Source of the DNA: Chiloscyllium plagiosum
Lineage: Eukaryota
Assembly: GCF_004010195.1 (NCBI RefSeq)
Contig: NC_057720.1
Location: 31,376,879-31,396,878 of the forward strand
Reading direction: 5' to 3'
DNA length: 20,000 nucleotides
This document shows positions 10,812 to 19,659 of the stretch, piece by piece. Below the pieces are notes generated by a model that saw nothing but the letters and a program-made list of their open reading frames with translations, did no database searches and was not told where the DNA came from. Made by a program: the position numbers and the translations under genes. Every line of letters begins with the position of its first letter. Position 1 is the stretch's first letter.

Positions 10812-10915
10812 ATAGTGGTAGTATCCCTACTTTTAAGCCAGGAGGCCTGTGTTCAAGTTCCACCTGTTCCAGAGGTATATAATAACATCTCTGAACGAGT
10901 TGATTCAATTTTTTT
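10812..10915 (+). mobile_element. tRNA-derived SINE-like head, interrupted in its A-box region by the Penelope insertion
   Basis: ATAGTGGTAGT (A-box-like) followed about 30 nt later by GTTCAAGTTCC (B-box-like GTTCRANNC), with tRNA-like spacing. Confidence 0.55.
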
Positions 10916-11924
10916 GTAACCACAGCTTTGCAACAGTGATTCCCTATAATGGCCAATAGCATAACCATTCTACCAAGGAGTGAGACCAAGTAGGCACAGG
11001 GAGTTAATTAATAGGTGAGATATGCCAATGATTTGTACTTTCAGGGACTATGCATACACAAGTAAAAGAAGTGGGAGGCAAATACTTTAAAATGAGAACT
11101 TGTTGGTATGCTTTTAAAATGTCACTAATTTCATAACCTGTGTTATAATGTCAATATGCAGTGATAAAAAGACAATGATCAAAAACTGGATTTAATTTAA
11201 TGCTTTTGCATTCAGCCTACACAAACTAGTTAAAAAGGGAATTCCTCACTTGTTTTTCAAACGTTGATTATTCCCACTCAACTAGTGGGAAAAGATGGGC
11301 AACTGAAACTCTGACAAAGGCTCTACTTGATGCCTCTGGCAGAGGCCCAACTGACTCATCAGGCTGTGTATAATAAAACGCCTTCCTTCCATTATCACAG
11401 CAGTCTTGAATTCTGTAGCCAAAACAATGGAAAATTGTGTATCTTAAACTGCAGATCTCCTGGTAGCTGAAAACACTGTTTAAAGAAAAGGTTGGTGACA
11501 GATAAGAGGGTGGGGGAAAGTCTCAAACGTGGCACCAAATCCCTCTGAGCCTATGTGGTGTGTGAAATAAAAAGCCCTTCCTCTGTACTGAAAGGGCACC
11601 ACTTAAATAGAGGCTAAATGGAGGCATTATTGAAAGAATCCCACCATTTTACTTGTTCCTATTGTGCAGAGCAGTTCAATAAATGTCTCGTGAAGTTTTG
11701 GCATTTGTCCACTATCCCTTTCAACTGTTAGATTACAATGTGTCCTTTTCTCAACTATTCATACTGAACAGTATTTGACAAATTAACTGTTCTACCACTG
11801 CATTCCTTACTCGTTGATTTTTAAATATTGCCTTTTTCATACTTCTGTCTCTCCCCAAACCAGGAAGAAAACTGTAACCTTCCAGCCATATCTGTTGTGG
11901 CCAGCTCTGAAATCGGGGTGTCCT

Positions 11925-12138
11925 GTTATGGGGACTGGGACCCCAAGTAGGATCACAAGCTGAAAGTTTGTGATTGCAATGGCCACTGGGAAACTCTGAC
12001 TGAGCTGCACTCCCAGTTTAACAGGCTTGTATTCCCACAGTCACCACACACCACTCCCCCAGTCTCACTGAGGGGTCACAATGATTTTAAAGCTTAACAA
12101 TGGGATCCACAATGGAGAAAAATGTTTAAGAAGCACTG
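11925..12138. mobile_element. Possible hAT/Charlie-type MITE relic
   Basis: Internal GGGACCCCAAGTAGGATCAC and GGGGTCAC motifs, and a right end AAAATGTTTAAGAAGCACTG resembling hAT-Charlie termini (...CACTG). The left TIR is not clearly preserved. Confidence 0.35.
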
Positions 12139-12597
12139 GCCTGAAGTGTCTTGATTTGTTTCACCAGTCTACACTTTGGTCAGAAAAAAAAAAGGAACTG
12201 CAAATTCACATCCTACCATCTTATTGAGACATGTCATAAGGTTTCTTTCCCTGAACTGCACCATTTTACCTTTGACAATGCAGCGGGTTCCCAGATGCTG
12301 CAATCTTTTGAATGTTCAAGAGAAGTGTAATTAATTGAAAGCTGACCATTAAAATGTAGCCCAGATTATTGAATTATTTCCCAACAATTCAATCACTAAT
12401 AGAATTTATATGCCTTGTTTCATTCTCAAGAAACATTTCAACAATCTGCTGAAGGAGTTGATCGAATCCATTCAGCCGTTTGTTGACATCACTTCCTCTT
12501 CCTCCAATAATGCTGCCTCATTATCACTGAATTGAGAGAGACAGAACTACCAGAGTGGATTACTTCAGTAGACAACATTAATTTTCCTTCTGCAGTA

Positions 12598-12814
12598 CAG
12601 GTCATTCTGTTATTATGAATGTTTCTTCAACATGACTTGTCTGTAATGTGATTTGGGAATGGGGATGCTGTTTCTAAAGCACAAACTTTTATTATGTGTG
12701 TTGGCTATAACGCGATGGAATCGGCAATACTTTAATTGCTACTTTTATTGCATGAATTTTATATAGCGTGGGGTCACACATAATGCCAACATCGCGTGAT
12801 AGAAGAACTATTTG
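12598..12814. mobile_element. Tc1/mariner-superfamily (pogo/Tigger-like) MITE with TA TSD
   Basis: TA|CAGGTCATTCTGTTATTATG ... CGCGTGATAGAAGAACTATTTG|TA: imperfect inverted termini flanked by TA (12596-12597 and 12815-12816). An internal TIR-like motif CTATAACGCG lies at ~12705. Confidence 0.6.
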
Positions 12815-13554
12815 TATTCATATATACTGACATTCGATTAAATTGTCAACTCTGGAGATTGTCCAGCTATAAGAACATTATGGAAGTTGGAGCAGATAAA
12901 ATCATACCTACCAAAAATAAAACTATTACTATACTGCTGCTTTATTATATGTTCATTCGTCACAATTACCACATACTGACATACACACACTGTTGGATAA
13001 CATCCTATACAGGCACTGAAATTCCTCAGGGGAAATCCACCCACTATTCAGCAGCAGAACAGAACTGCCACCCACACATACTGGTAGCTGTAGTCTTATT
13101 TCCCAAATTGCAATGATGGAGTTATTTGAATGACTAAGGTGGGTATGTAATGCCAGCAAGCATTAGTTTGGCACCTGCCCCAAAACTGCTGAACGTTGGA
13201 GGAGGACTATGCAAGAGAAGGCCTAACAAGGCCTGCAGCAAATATCTTCAAGGAGTCTCCTACTCTCAACTGAAGAATTGAGCCCCTTGGGAAGGTAATC
13301 AATTCGGTTCTCTCAAAGAGCTCACAGATTACGTAAGCAGCAATGTAGAAGAGCAGAAAGCTGTTCTTTCCACAATTATCTTGTCTTTGGAGAAGCTTGT
13401 GAAATTGCACGGCTATTCAATTCTCTTTTGGTTGCAATACTATAATTAATTGACTGCTGCCAAATGAAGAAAACTGATTGTACTGAAGGAAATGTCAATG
13501 ATTTGCTTGATTAATTTGTGTAATCCCATTTATCTAATGTTATCGAGGTCCCTA

Positions 13555-14005
13555 TGGTAACCATTGCCTGAATGAATGCAGCTCCATAACACTCTAGAAG
13601 CGTAACACTATTGTGGATAAAGTAGCTTGCTTGATTGGCACCCATCAATACCTTCACTATTCTGTGACTTCATCACCAGCACACAGTTGCAGCAATGTAT
13701 GCCATCTGTGTGATGAACTGCACCAACTCCCCGAGGTATTCCTGAGGCAGCACCTTCGAAAGCCTTGACCACAATTATTCAGAAAGAAAAGAGAAGCAGG
13801 TGTATTGGAACACTACCACCACCAAGTTTCCCTCCAAGTAACATACCATCCTGATGCCATTCTTTCACTGTCACTGAGTCAAAGGAACTCCTTTATGAAT
13901 AGTGCTGTGGATGTTCTTTCATCATATAGACTGCAGCAGTTCAAGAAGGCAGCTCACGACTACGTTCTCAAGGGCAATGAGACAGACAAATGCAGCAAAG
14001 GCCAC
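13555..14005 (+). mobile_element. Old CR1/L2-supergroup LINE 3' end (a different family from the other CR1 copies)
   Basis: Decayed translation (W)MNAAP..L...(D)KVACLIG...LHHQHTVAAMYAI..MNC..., (W)NS.MNSAVDV...LQQFKKAAH..VLKGN, as in the C-terminus of CR1/L2-group ORF2. Confidence 0.6.
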
Positions 14006-14114
14006 ACAGAACATTCTGTAAAGGAATACAAAGAACCTGGAATCATCCAGATGCATATAATTTGGAAAGGTTTGTCACTGCTACACTCAATGTTATCCTT
14101 TTAAATGAAATCAT

Positions 14115-14746
14115 TGGCAACTCCATTTCTATAATGGCACTAGTTTACCATTACATTTCTGGTAAACAACAAGTCTTTTCCCTGGAGTCGGGGAGTCCAG
14201 AACTAGAGGGCATAGGTTTAGGATGAGAGGGGAAAGATATAAAAGAGACCTAAGGGGCAACTTTTTCATGCAGATTGTGGTATGTGTATGGAATGAGCTG
14301 TCAGAGGAAGTGGTGGAGGCTGGAACAATTGCAACATTTAAGAGGCATTTGGATGGGTATATGAATAGGAAGGGTTTGGAGGGATATGGGCCAGGTGCTG
14401 GCAGGTGGGACTAGATTGGGTTGGGATATCTGGTTGGCATGGATGGGTTGGACTGAAGGGTCTGTTTCCATGCTGTACATCTCTATGACTCTAACTAAAG
14501 GCTCCAAAGTACTTCAGATGAAACAAAATATGACATTGAGTCACAAAATGAGACATCAGGTCAGATGACAGAGGCAAAAAGGTGTAGTGAGAGAATTCCA
14601 GACCATAGAGCTTTGGCACCTGAAGGCATGGGCATCAATGGTGGACTGAATGAAACTGGGACTGCCAAAGAGTCCATAATTAAATGAGTTCAGATAATTA
14701 GATATTTGTGGACCTGGAGGAGACTAGACAAGTGAAACCATGGACA
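14115..14746 (-). mobile_element. L2-like LINE 3' relic on the minus strand, interrupted by CR1 (14163-14493) and by the Gypsy LTR at 14747
   Basis: 14494-14746 contains GAGAGAATTCCAGACCATAGAGCTTTGGCACCTGAAGGCATGG, whose reverse complement encodes a HAFRCQSSMVWNSL L2-type C-terminal motif. The left part (14115-14162) is weakly supported. Confidence 0.5.
14163..14493 (+). mobile_element. CR1 3'-end copy, same subfamily as 7359-9170
   Basis: Colinear with ~8850-9165 (GGGCATAGGTTTA...GAGAGGGGAAAGAT...GGCAACTTTTTCATGCAGA...GAAGGGTCTGTTTCCATGCTGTACATCTCTATGACTCTA). ORF MRGERYKRDLRGNFFMQ...WNELSEEVVEAGT. Confidence 0.9.
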
Positions 14747-14960
14747 TGTAATGATTGTAACTACGTCACATAGAATATGACTGAGGCTGTTAATCTGGTC
14801 TAACCAGGGAGCCCTGGCTGACAGATAAGAGCAGGAATGTCAGACATCCTGTTCTATCTGACAGCTGGCTCTGAAGGAGCTGGATCAAAATGAAGGACTC
14901 TTCAGGTGCATATAAAGGGTGAATTGGTGATGGAATACTAGCAGATGTGGAGTTTTTTCA
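14747..14960 (+). repeat. 5' LTR (214 bp, TG...CA) followed by primer-binding site
   Basis: Starts TGTAATG, ends TTTTTCA. TATAAA at ~14911 (TATA- or polyA-signal-like). Followed by G-TGGTGACAAG (14962-14971), consistent with a CpG-decayed TGGCGACGAG primer-binding site. Confidence 0.75.
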
Positions 14961-15423
14961 GTGGTGACAAGAGAAAAGCACACTCCTGAAGAAATATGGT
15001 CGCAACAGTCGACTTTGAGTTGGGATAAGCACTTCTGCCATCATTCCATTATTTGGGAAGCTTGACTCATTCAATCCTGCTGTCGAAGACTAGGCCCAGT
15101 ATGTGGAAAAAATGCATTATGTTTTCTGGACAATTGATATTGGGACAGATGAAAAGCAATTGACAGCTTGTGGACCCACAGCTGTTTCAGGTATTAGGAG
15201 CCTAACTTTTCCTGAGGCACCAAATACTGAAACCTTTCAAGAGTTGATGGATTTAGTTAAGGAATATTATGACCCACGCCTCCTCTAATTCTGAGATGCT
15301 ATTGGTTTTACTTAGCAATTCGAGAACCATGGGAATCCATATTGGGATTTTTCAAGAGGCTAGGATCACAGAGGCATGTGATTTTGGTTTAACCCTTAAT
15401 AAGATGTTGAGAGACCATTTGGT

Positions 15424-15771
15424 TTCTAGATTAGATTACAACATGATTTGAACCTATAGATTAGATTACTTACAATATGGAAACAGGTCCTTTGGCCCAA
15501 CCAGTCCACACCGACCCTGCGAACAGTAACCCACCTAGACCCATTTCCCTCTGACTAATGCACCTAACACTACGGGCAATTTAGCATGGCTAATTCACCT
15601 GACCTGCACATCTTTGGACTGTGGGAGGAAACCGGAACACCCAGAGGGAACTCACACAGACACGGAGAGAATGTGCAAACTCCACACAGACAGTTGCCTG
15701 AGGCTGGAATCAAACTCGGGTCCCTGGCACTGTGAGGCAGCAGTGCTAACCACTGAGCCAGCATGCCGCCC
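15424..15771 (-). mobile_element. HE1-like (V-SINE) tRNA-derived SINE, near full length
   Basis: Minus strand: GGGCGGCATGCTGGCTCAGTGGTTAGCACTGCTGCCTCACAGTGCCAGGGACCCGAGTTTGATTCC (A and B boxes), V-domain-like GTGTGGAGTTTGCACATTCTCTCCGTGTCTG...CCTCCCACAGTCCAAAGATGTGCAGG, and a CR1-like 3' tail ending in TCTAA repeats. Confidence 0.88.
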
Positions 15772-16366
15772 CATGTCCTCTAGTTCTGGACTCCATCATG
15801 TAACTGTTTCTTCACAACCATGTTCCTGTCAGCTCCAAAGCCACCATCTTCCTCAACAGTTTGTCCAATGAAGATGACATCAGCCAATTCCTAGCCTCAT
15901 CAAATCATCATCCCTGCCCTTGGGTTTACAGGAAAATCCAACCACTACTTCAGACTTTCTGCACTTTACATTGGAGCTCAGGGACACCTATGGTTTGAAT
16001 GCTTTCATCAGGTTGCTTTATGCACAGGGACACCCAAGCATCCTGCATGGTTGCTTTTAAAAATGGACTACCACATGTTCAAGCTTTTAGCTGAATTCCT
16101 TAATGCTCACTACCTTTAGCTACCAGCTCTATCTACTTCACATTGCTTTGGTGGTTTATATTGACTGACTTCAGTGTTGACTGACAGGCTGTCAGCTTCT
16201 GTGTAGCCCACATTGCTGTCTTAGCACACAAGATCTTTATAATTCAGTTACTCATATTTTGAACATGTTTCTTGAAGATATGCATACTAACTGTGAGACA
16301 TTACACAACAGGTGGTGCATTTTATGCACTTATAACAAAGGTGGCATCACATTACATGTTGCTCCA

Positions 16367-16521
16367 TGTGGGAGGACTGTGGGAGGAAACTAGAGCACCC
16401 AGAGGGAACCCACACAGACACGGGGAGAACGTGCAAACTCCACACATACAGTCACCCAAGGCTGAGATCAAACCTGGGACCCTGGTGCTGTGAGGCAGCA
16501 GTGCTAACCACTGAGCCACCA
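16367..16521 (-). mobile_element. HE1-like SINE, 5' half only
   Basis: Closely matches 15618-15765 (TGTGGGAGGAAAC...GTGCAAACTCCACAC...CCCTGG..CTGTGAGGCAGCAGTGCTAACCACTGAGCCA). Confidence 0.88.
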
Positions 16522-16980
16522 TGGTATGTGGAATTGCTGATGTAACCATGCAAAAGTGCTTGTTAGACTGACTTTATCATGGGAAAATGCACAAGTGGGG
16601 TATGTGAAATGAAGGATATTCTAATGGAAGTGGACACCCTCGCCAATCTGACTGAGCTTGGGGAACAGCAATTGAATGAAGGCAATTGCACAGCCTCACT
16701 CTGGACACATCCTGAACAGTGAGACTCTCAGTCAGCCCACAGCAAAACATCTAAACAAAGCCAAGCCTTGGCTAAACAGTTAAAATGTTCTTCAGGATGT
16801 GGGCCGACAAGCCATTGTGGTTGCTGCCAGTATGCTGGCTCAAGACAGCAAAAGGGTCACACTAGACCTAAACTGAGTTATACAACTCATACACCAGTAT
16901 CCAGGAGAACTCACACCCTGGAAAGTTCACCTACATCTGTTTTGGAACAGTTAAATCGCTTAGCAACATCCACATCAGAA

Positions 16981-19315
16981 TCAATCAAAATAAACGTCTT
17001 GTTAAATGAAAACTGAAAGAACTGCGGAAGCAGTAAATCAGAAACAAAAACAAATTGCTGTAAAAGCTCAGCAGGTCTGGCAGCATCTGTGGATCAAGTA
17101 TCTCGACCCGAAATGTTAAGTCTGTTAAATGATCTGGACTCCAACCCTTAAGTTTGCGCAACACCTCTGCTAAACTGAGAATCTATACTCGGGAATCTTT
17201 ACAGATTAAGGGTACAACTTCAGTCCTAGTCACTTATGAGAAGTAGCTGGTTCTGTTATCACTGATGCAGGAAAAGTCTCATGCCCAACCTTGATGGGTG
17301 AAATTGGTTGAGAAAGATTCACCTCGATGGGCTCAAGAATTTTTTGATGAGAAAATGGCTGCCTGAGTGAAGTACTAATTAAATACGTGCCTGGAAGATT
17401 TTCAGGAAGATTTATGGGCTAGCATTGGAGTCAAGGCCACCTTGACCAGGAAGCAATTCCATAATTCTACAAGTCCTGCCCAGTGCCATTTGCCTTACAG
17501 GTAAAAGTAGATGCAGAAACGAAAAGGCTGGAAAGCAAAGTAATCATCAGACCAGTCCAGTTTGCCAAATGGGCAGCACTGGTTGTACTGATTTTGAAGC
17601 CTGAAGGGTCGGTTTGCCTTTGTGGAAACTTAAACAAATGGTAAACCACTTTTCGCAGCTGAATAAATATCCAACCCCTCACATAGAGAATTTATATGCA
17701 AACCTGGCAGGGTGGCTGGCTTTCAAAGCTGGACATGAGCCGCGTGTATTTATGCAGTTGATGAGGTTTCTCCGATATGCTACAATTAATACCCTTAAGG
17801 ATTTGTACCAATATATGAGACTGTCATTTGGTGAATTGTCAGCCTATGTAGTTTTTCAGTGGATGATGGAGAACATTTTACAAGGTCTACCTTAGGTCAC
17901 TATTTATTTAGATGACATGCTAATAAAGCACTTAGAGAATTTGAAAATCACCTTTAGACATTTCTCTCAGGTGAGCATATGCTTTTGAAGGGAAATATGT
18001 GTGTTCCAGGCACCCCAAGTAACCTACTTGGGCTACAGAGTTGACAAGAACAGATTACATCTGTTGAAAGATAAAGTGAAGACTATCAAAGGTGCCCCAG
18101 CTGCCATGTCTGTACAGGAGCTTAGATCTTTCTTTGGGCTGGTGAATTATTATGGAGAGTTGTTACACAACTAGGCCTCCATCTTGGCACCTTTGCATCA
18201 ACTCTTCCAGCCATGGTCAGCCATGGAAATGGTTGTAGAGCCAAGCCATATCTTTCAGGCAAGTGAAGAAACAGCTATCATCCTCTAAGCAATTGGCACA
18301 GTATGGTCCCGAGCAGGATCTGATATTGACATGTGATGCTTCCCACATGGCATTGGGGTACTATTAACTCATAGGAGAGAAATGCCCAATACAATATGCG
18401 TCTAAGACTTTCGCTAATACAGAGTGGAAATACGCCCAGATAGAGATGGAAGGTTTATGAATGTAAATTTGTAAGAGTAACGGATCACAAATCCTTGCTG
18501 GGTCTATTTAAAGAGGACAAGACAGCACATCCTATAGCTTCAGTCTGAATTCAGTGGTGGGCTCTAATACTGTGTTTAATTGCAAGTTGGAACATCATCT
18601 AGGAGGCCAAGTAGCAAATGCAGATGCATTGAGCTGCCTTCCACGAGCAGATACACCACCAGTGGTACCACCACTGGAAGAGTCCATAATGGTTTTAAAT
18701 TTTCTGGACATGCTTCCAGTCACAGCTGACAATATCAGACTTTGGACACAGAAAGATCCAGTCCTGGCAAAACTGCAACAGCTGGTGGTGATGGGGGAAA
18801 CCAAAGGGCCATCACAACCGCAACCAAATCCTTTCTGGACCCAGAGAAACCAGATCACAGTAGAATATGGCATATTATTATGGGGAGCAAGAGTGATTGT
18901 CCCAAGCAAAGGTCACTGCCAGATACTGGCTGAACTCTACCAGGGTAATCCAGGGGTTTCCAAAATGAAGTTATGTCTGGTAGCCAGGATTAGATGCAGA
19001 TATAACTGCATTGGTGGGATGGTGCCCAGGATGTCAACAAAGACACAACGTTCTGCCAGCAGATGCCCTACATTCATGGGGAATGGCCAGATAAATCCTG
19101 TACTCAGTTACACATCAACTATGCTGGTCCTTCTGTGGACTCAATTTTCTCTGTCATTGTGGACACCCGCTCAAAGTGGATTGATGTGCATAGAGTTCAT
19201 GTGGCAAACACAGGGACGATGATAGTTTTGAAATACATGGACTTCCAATAATGTTGGTCACAGATAACAGGCATCGTGTATCAGCAGGGAATTTGAGTAT
19301 TTCCGAAAGTTGAAT
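16981..19315 (+). pseudogene. pol: Gypsy pol pseudogene (protease remnant, RT, RNase H, integrase)
   Basis: IKINVLLN...LRIYT.ESLQIKG, (P)TLMG.NWL; RT: KSCPVPFAL...KWAALVVLILKPEGSVCLCG, YPTPHIENL, TINTLKDLYQYMRLSFG, frameshifted YLDD at ~17905, VTYLGY; RNase H: LILTCDAS..GIG, YAS.T...KYAQIEMEGL, TDHKSL; NADALS.LP; integrase: GNPG, WPDKSCTQLHINYAGP, VIVDTRSKW, LVTDN. Confidence 0.88.
17010..17122 (-). mobile_element. Short Penelope terminal-repeat insertion inside the Gypsy protease region, with 10-bp direct repeat flanks
   Basis: 17010-17093 is the reverse complement of the Penelope tail (AAAAGCTCAGCAGGTCTGGCAGCATCTGTGG). 17101-17122 is a plus-strand hammerhead 3'-half remnant (CGACCCGAAATGTTAA). 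TGTTAAATGA occurs at 17000-17009 and 17123-17132. Confidence 0.7.
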
Positions 19316-19512
19316 GGTCCTTTTCACAGCAGAGAGCGGCGCGAGCTGGGCGGAAGTGAAGTTAGAGCGCAGAGCTAGTCGGGAAGGTAAGTGATTGATA
19401 TTTAAGAACTTACCTCGACGCCAACGGTCTTTTCACAGCAGAGAGCGGCACGAACTGGGCGGAAGTGAAGTTGGAGCGCAGAGCTAGTCGGGAAGGTAAG
19501 TGATTGATATTT
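19316..19512 (+). repeat. Two-copy tandem repeat (~110-bp period) in the CR1 5' UTR
   Basis: TTTTCACAGCAGAGAGCGGCRCGARCTGGGCGGAAGTGAAGTTRGAGCGCAGAGCTAGTCGGGAAGGTAAGTGATTGATATTT at 19321-19403 and 19430-19512, differing at three positions. Confidence 0.95.
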
Positions 19513-19659
19513 GAGTGGGTGTGTTCTAGACTCCAGGCCCTACATAGTTTGCCACATGAACATAGTAGGGCCTCCCTCCCATCCTCCTCCTCTAACCTAA
19601 CTTAAAAGTCCACAGGTAAGCTACTCAGTGTTCTTGTTTTGGAGACGAAGTGTAGAGTT

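Larger units (their letters stand above)
15040..16980 (+). pseudogene. gag: Gypsy gag pseudogene, split by the 15424-16521 insertion
   Basis: PLFGKLDSFNPAVED*AQYVEKM...LTACGPT...IRSLTFPEAPNTETFQELMDLVKEYYDP...ACDFGLTLNKMLRDHL|VCGIADVTMQKCLL. The LRDxLVCG motif is restored when the insertion is removed. Confidence 0.8.
14747..19315 (+). mobile_element. Gypsy/Ty3 LTR retrotransposon (probably Mag-like), decayed, with nested insertions; 3' part lies outside the window
   Basis: 5' LTR, primer-binding site, gag, protease remnant, RT, RNase H and integrase occur in Gypsy order. Many stops and frameshifts. Confidence 0.9.

Noticed and set aside
12431..12536. Possible terminal exon KHFNNLLKELIESIQPFVDITSSSSNNAASLSLN*
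   Set aside because: Weak AAG acceptor, no recognisable family and no supporting upstream exons.
15427..15469. TAGATTAGATTAC duplication as a TSD
   Set aside because: Both copies lie on the same side of the SINE and match its TCTAA-repeat tail. Slippage or re-priming during reverse transcription, or a second tiny tail insertion, explains it better.
15690..15771. tRNA gene
   Set aside because: A and B boxes are present, but the sequence continues into a SINE body and tail and I cannot build a full cloverleaf.
15570..16549. Paralogous small ORFs M(L/V)AQWLALLPHS...
   Set aside because: Translations of HE1-like SINE heads, not genes.
18554..19222. 222-aa ORF as a domesticated Gypsy-derived gene
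   Set aside because: A chance open stretch of decayed pol that shifts out of frame at ~18970; surrounding domains have many stops.
19321..19512. CRISPR-like repeat-spacer array
   Set aside because: Only two ~83-bp copies, in a eukaryotic LINE 5' UTR, with no cas genes.
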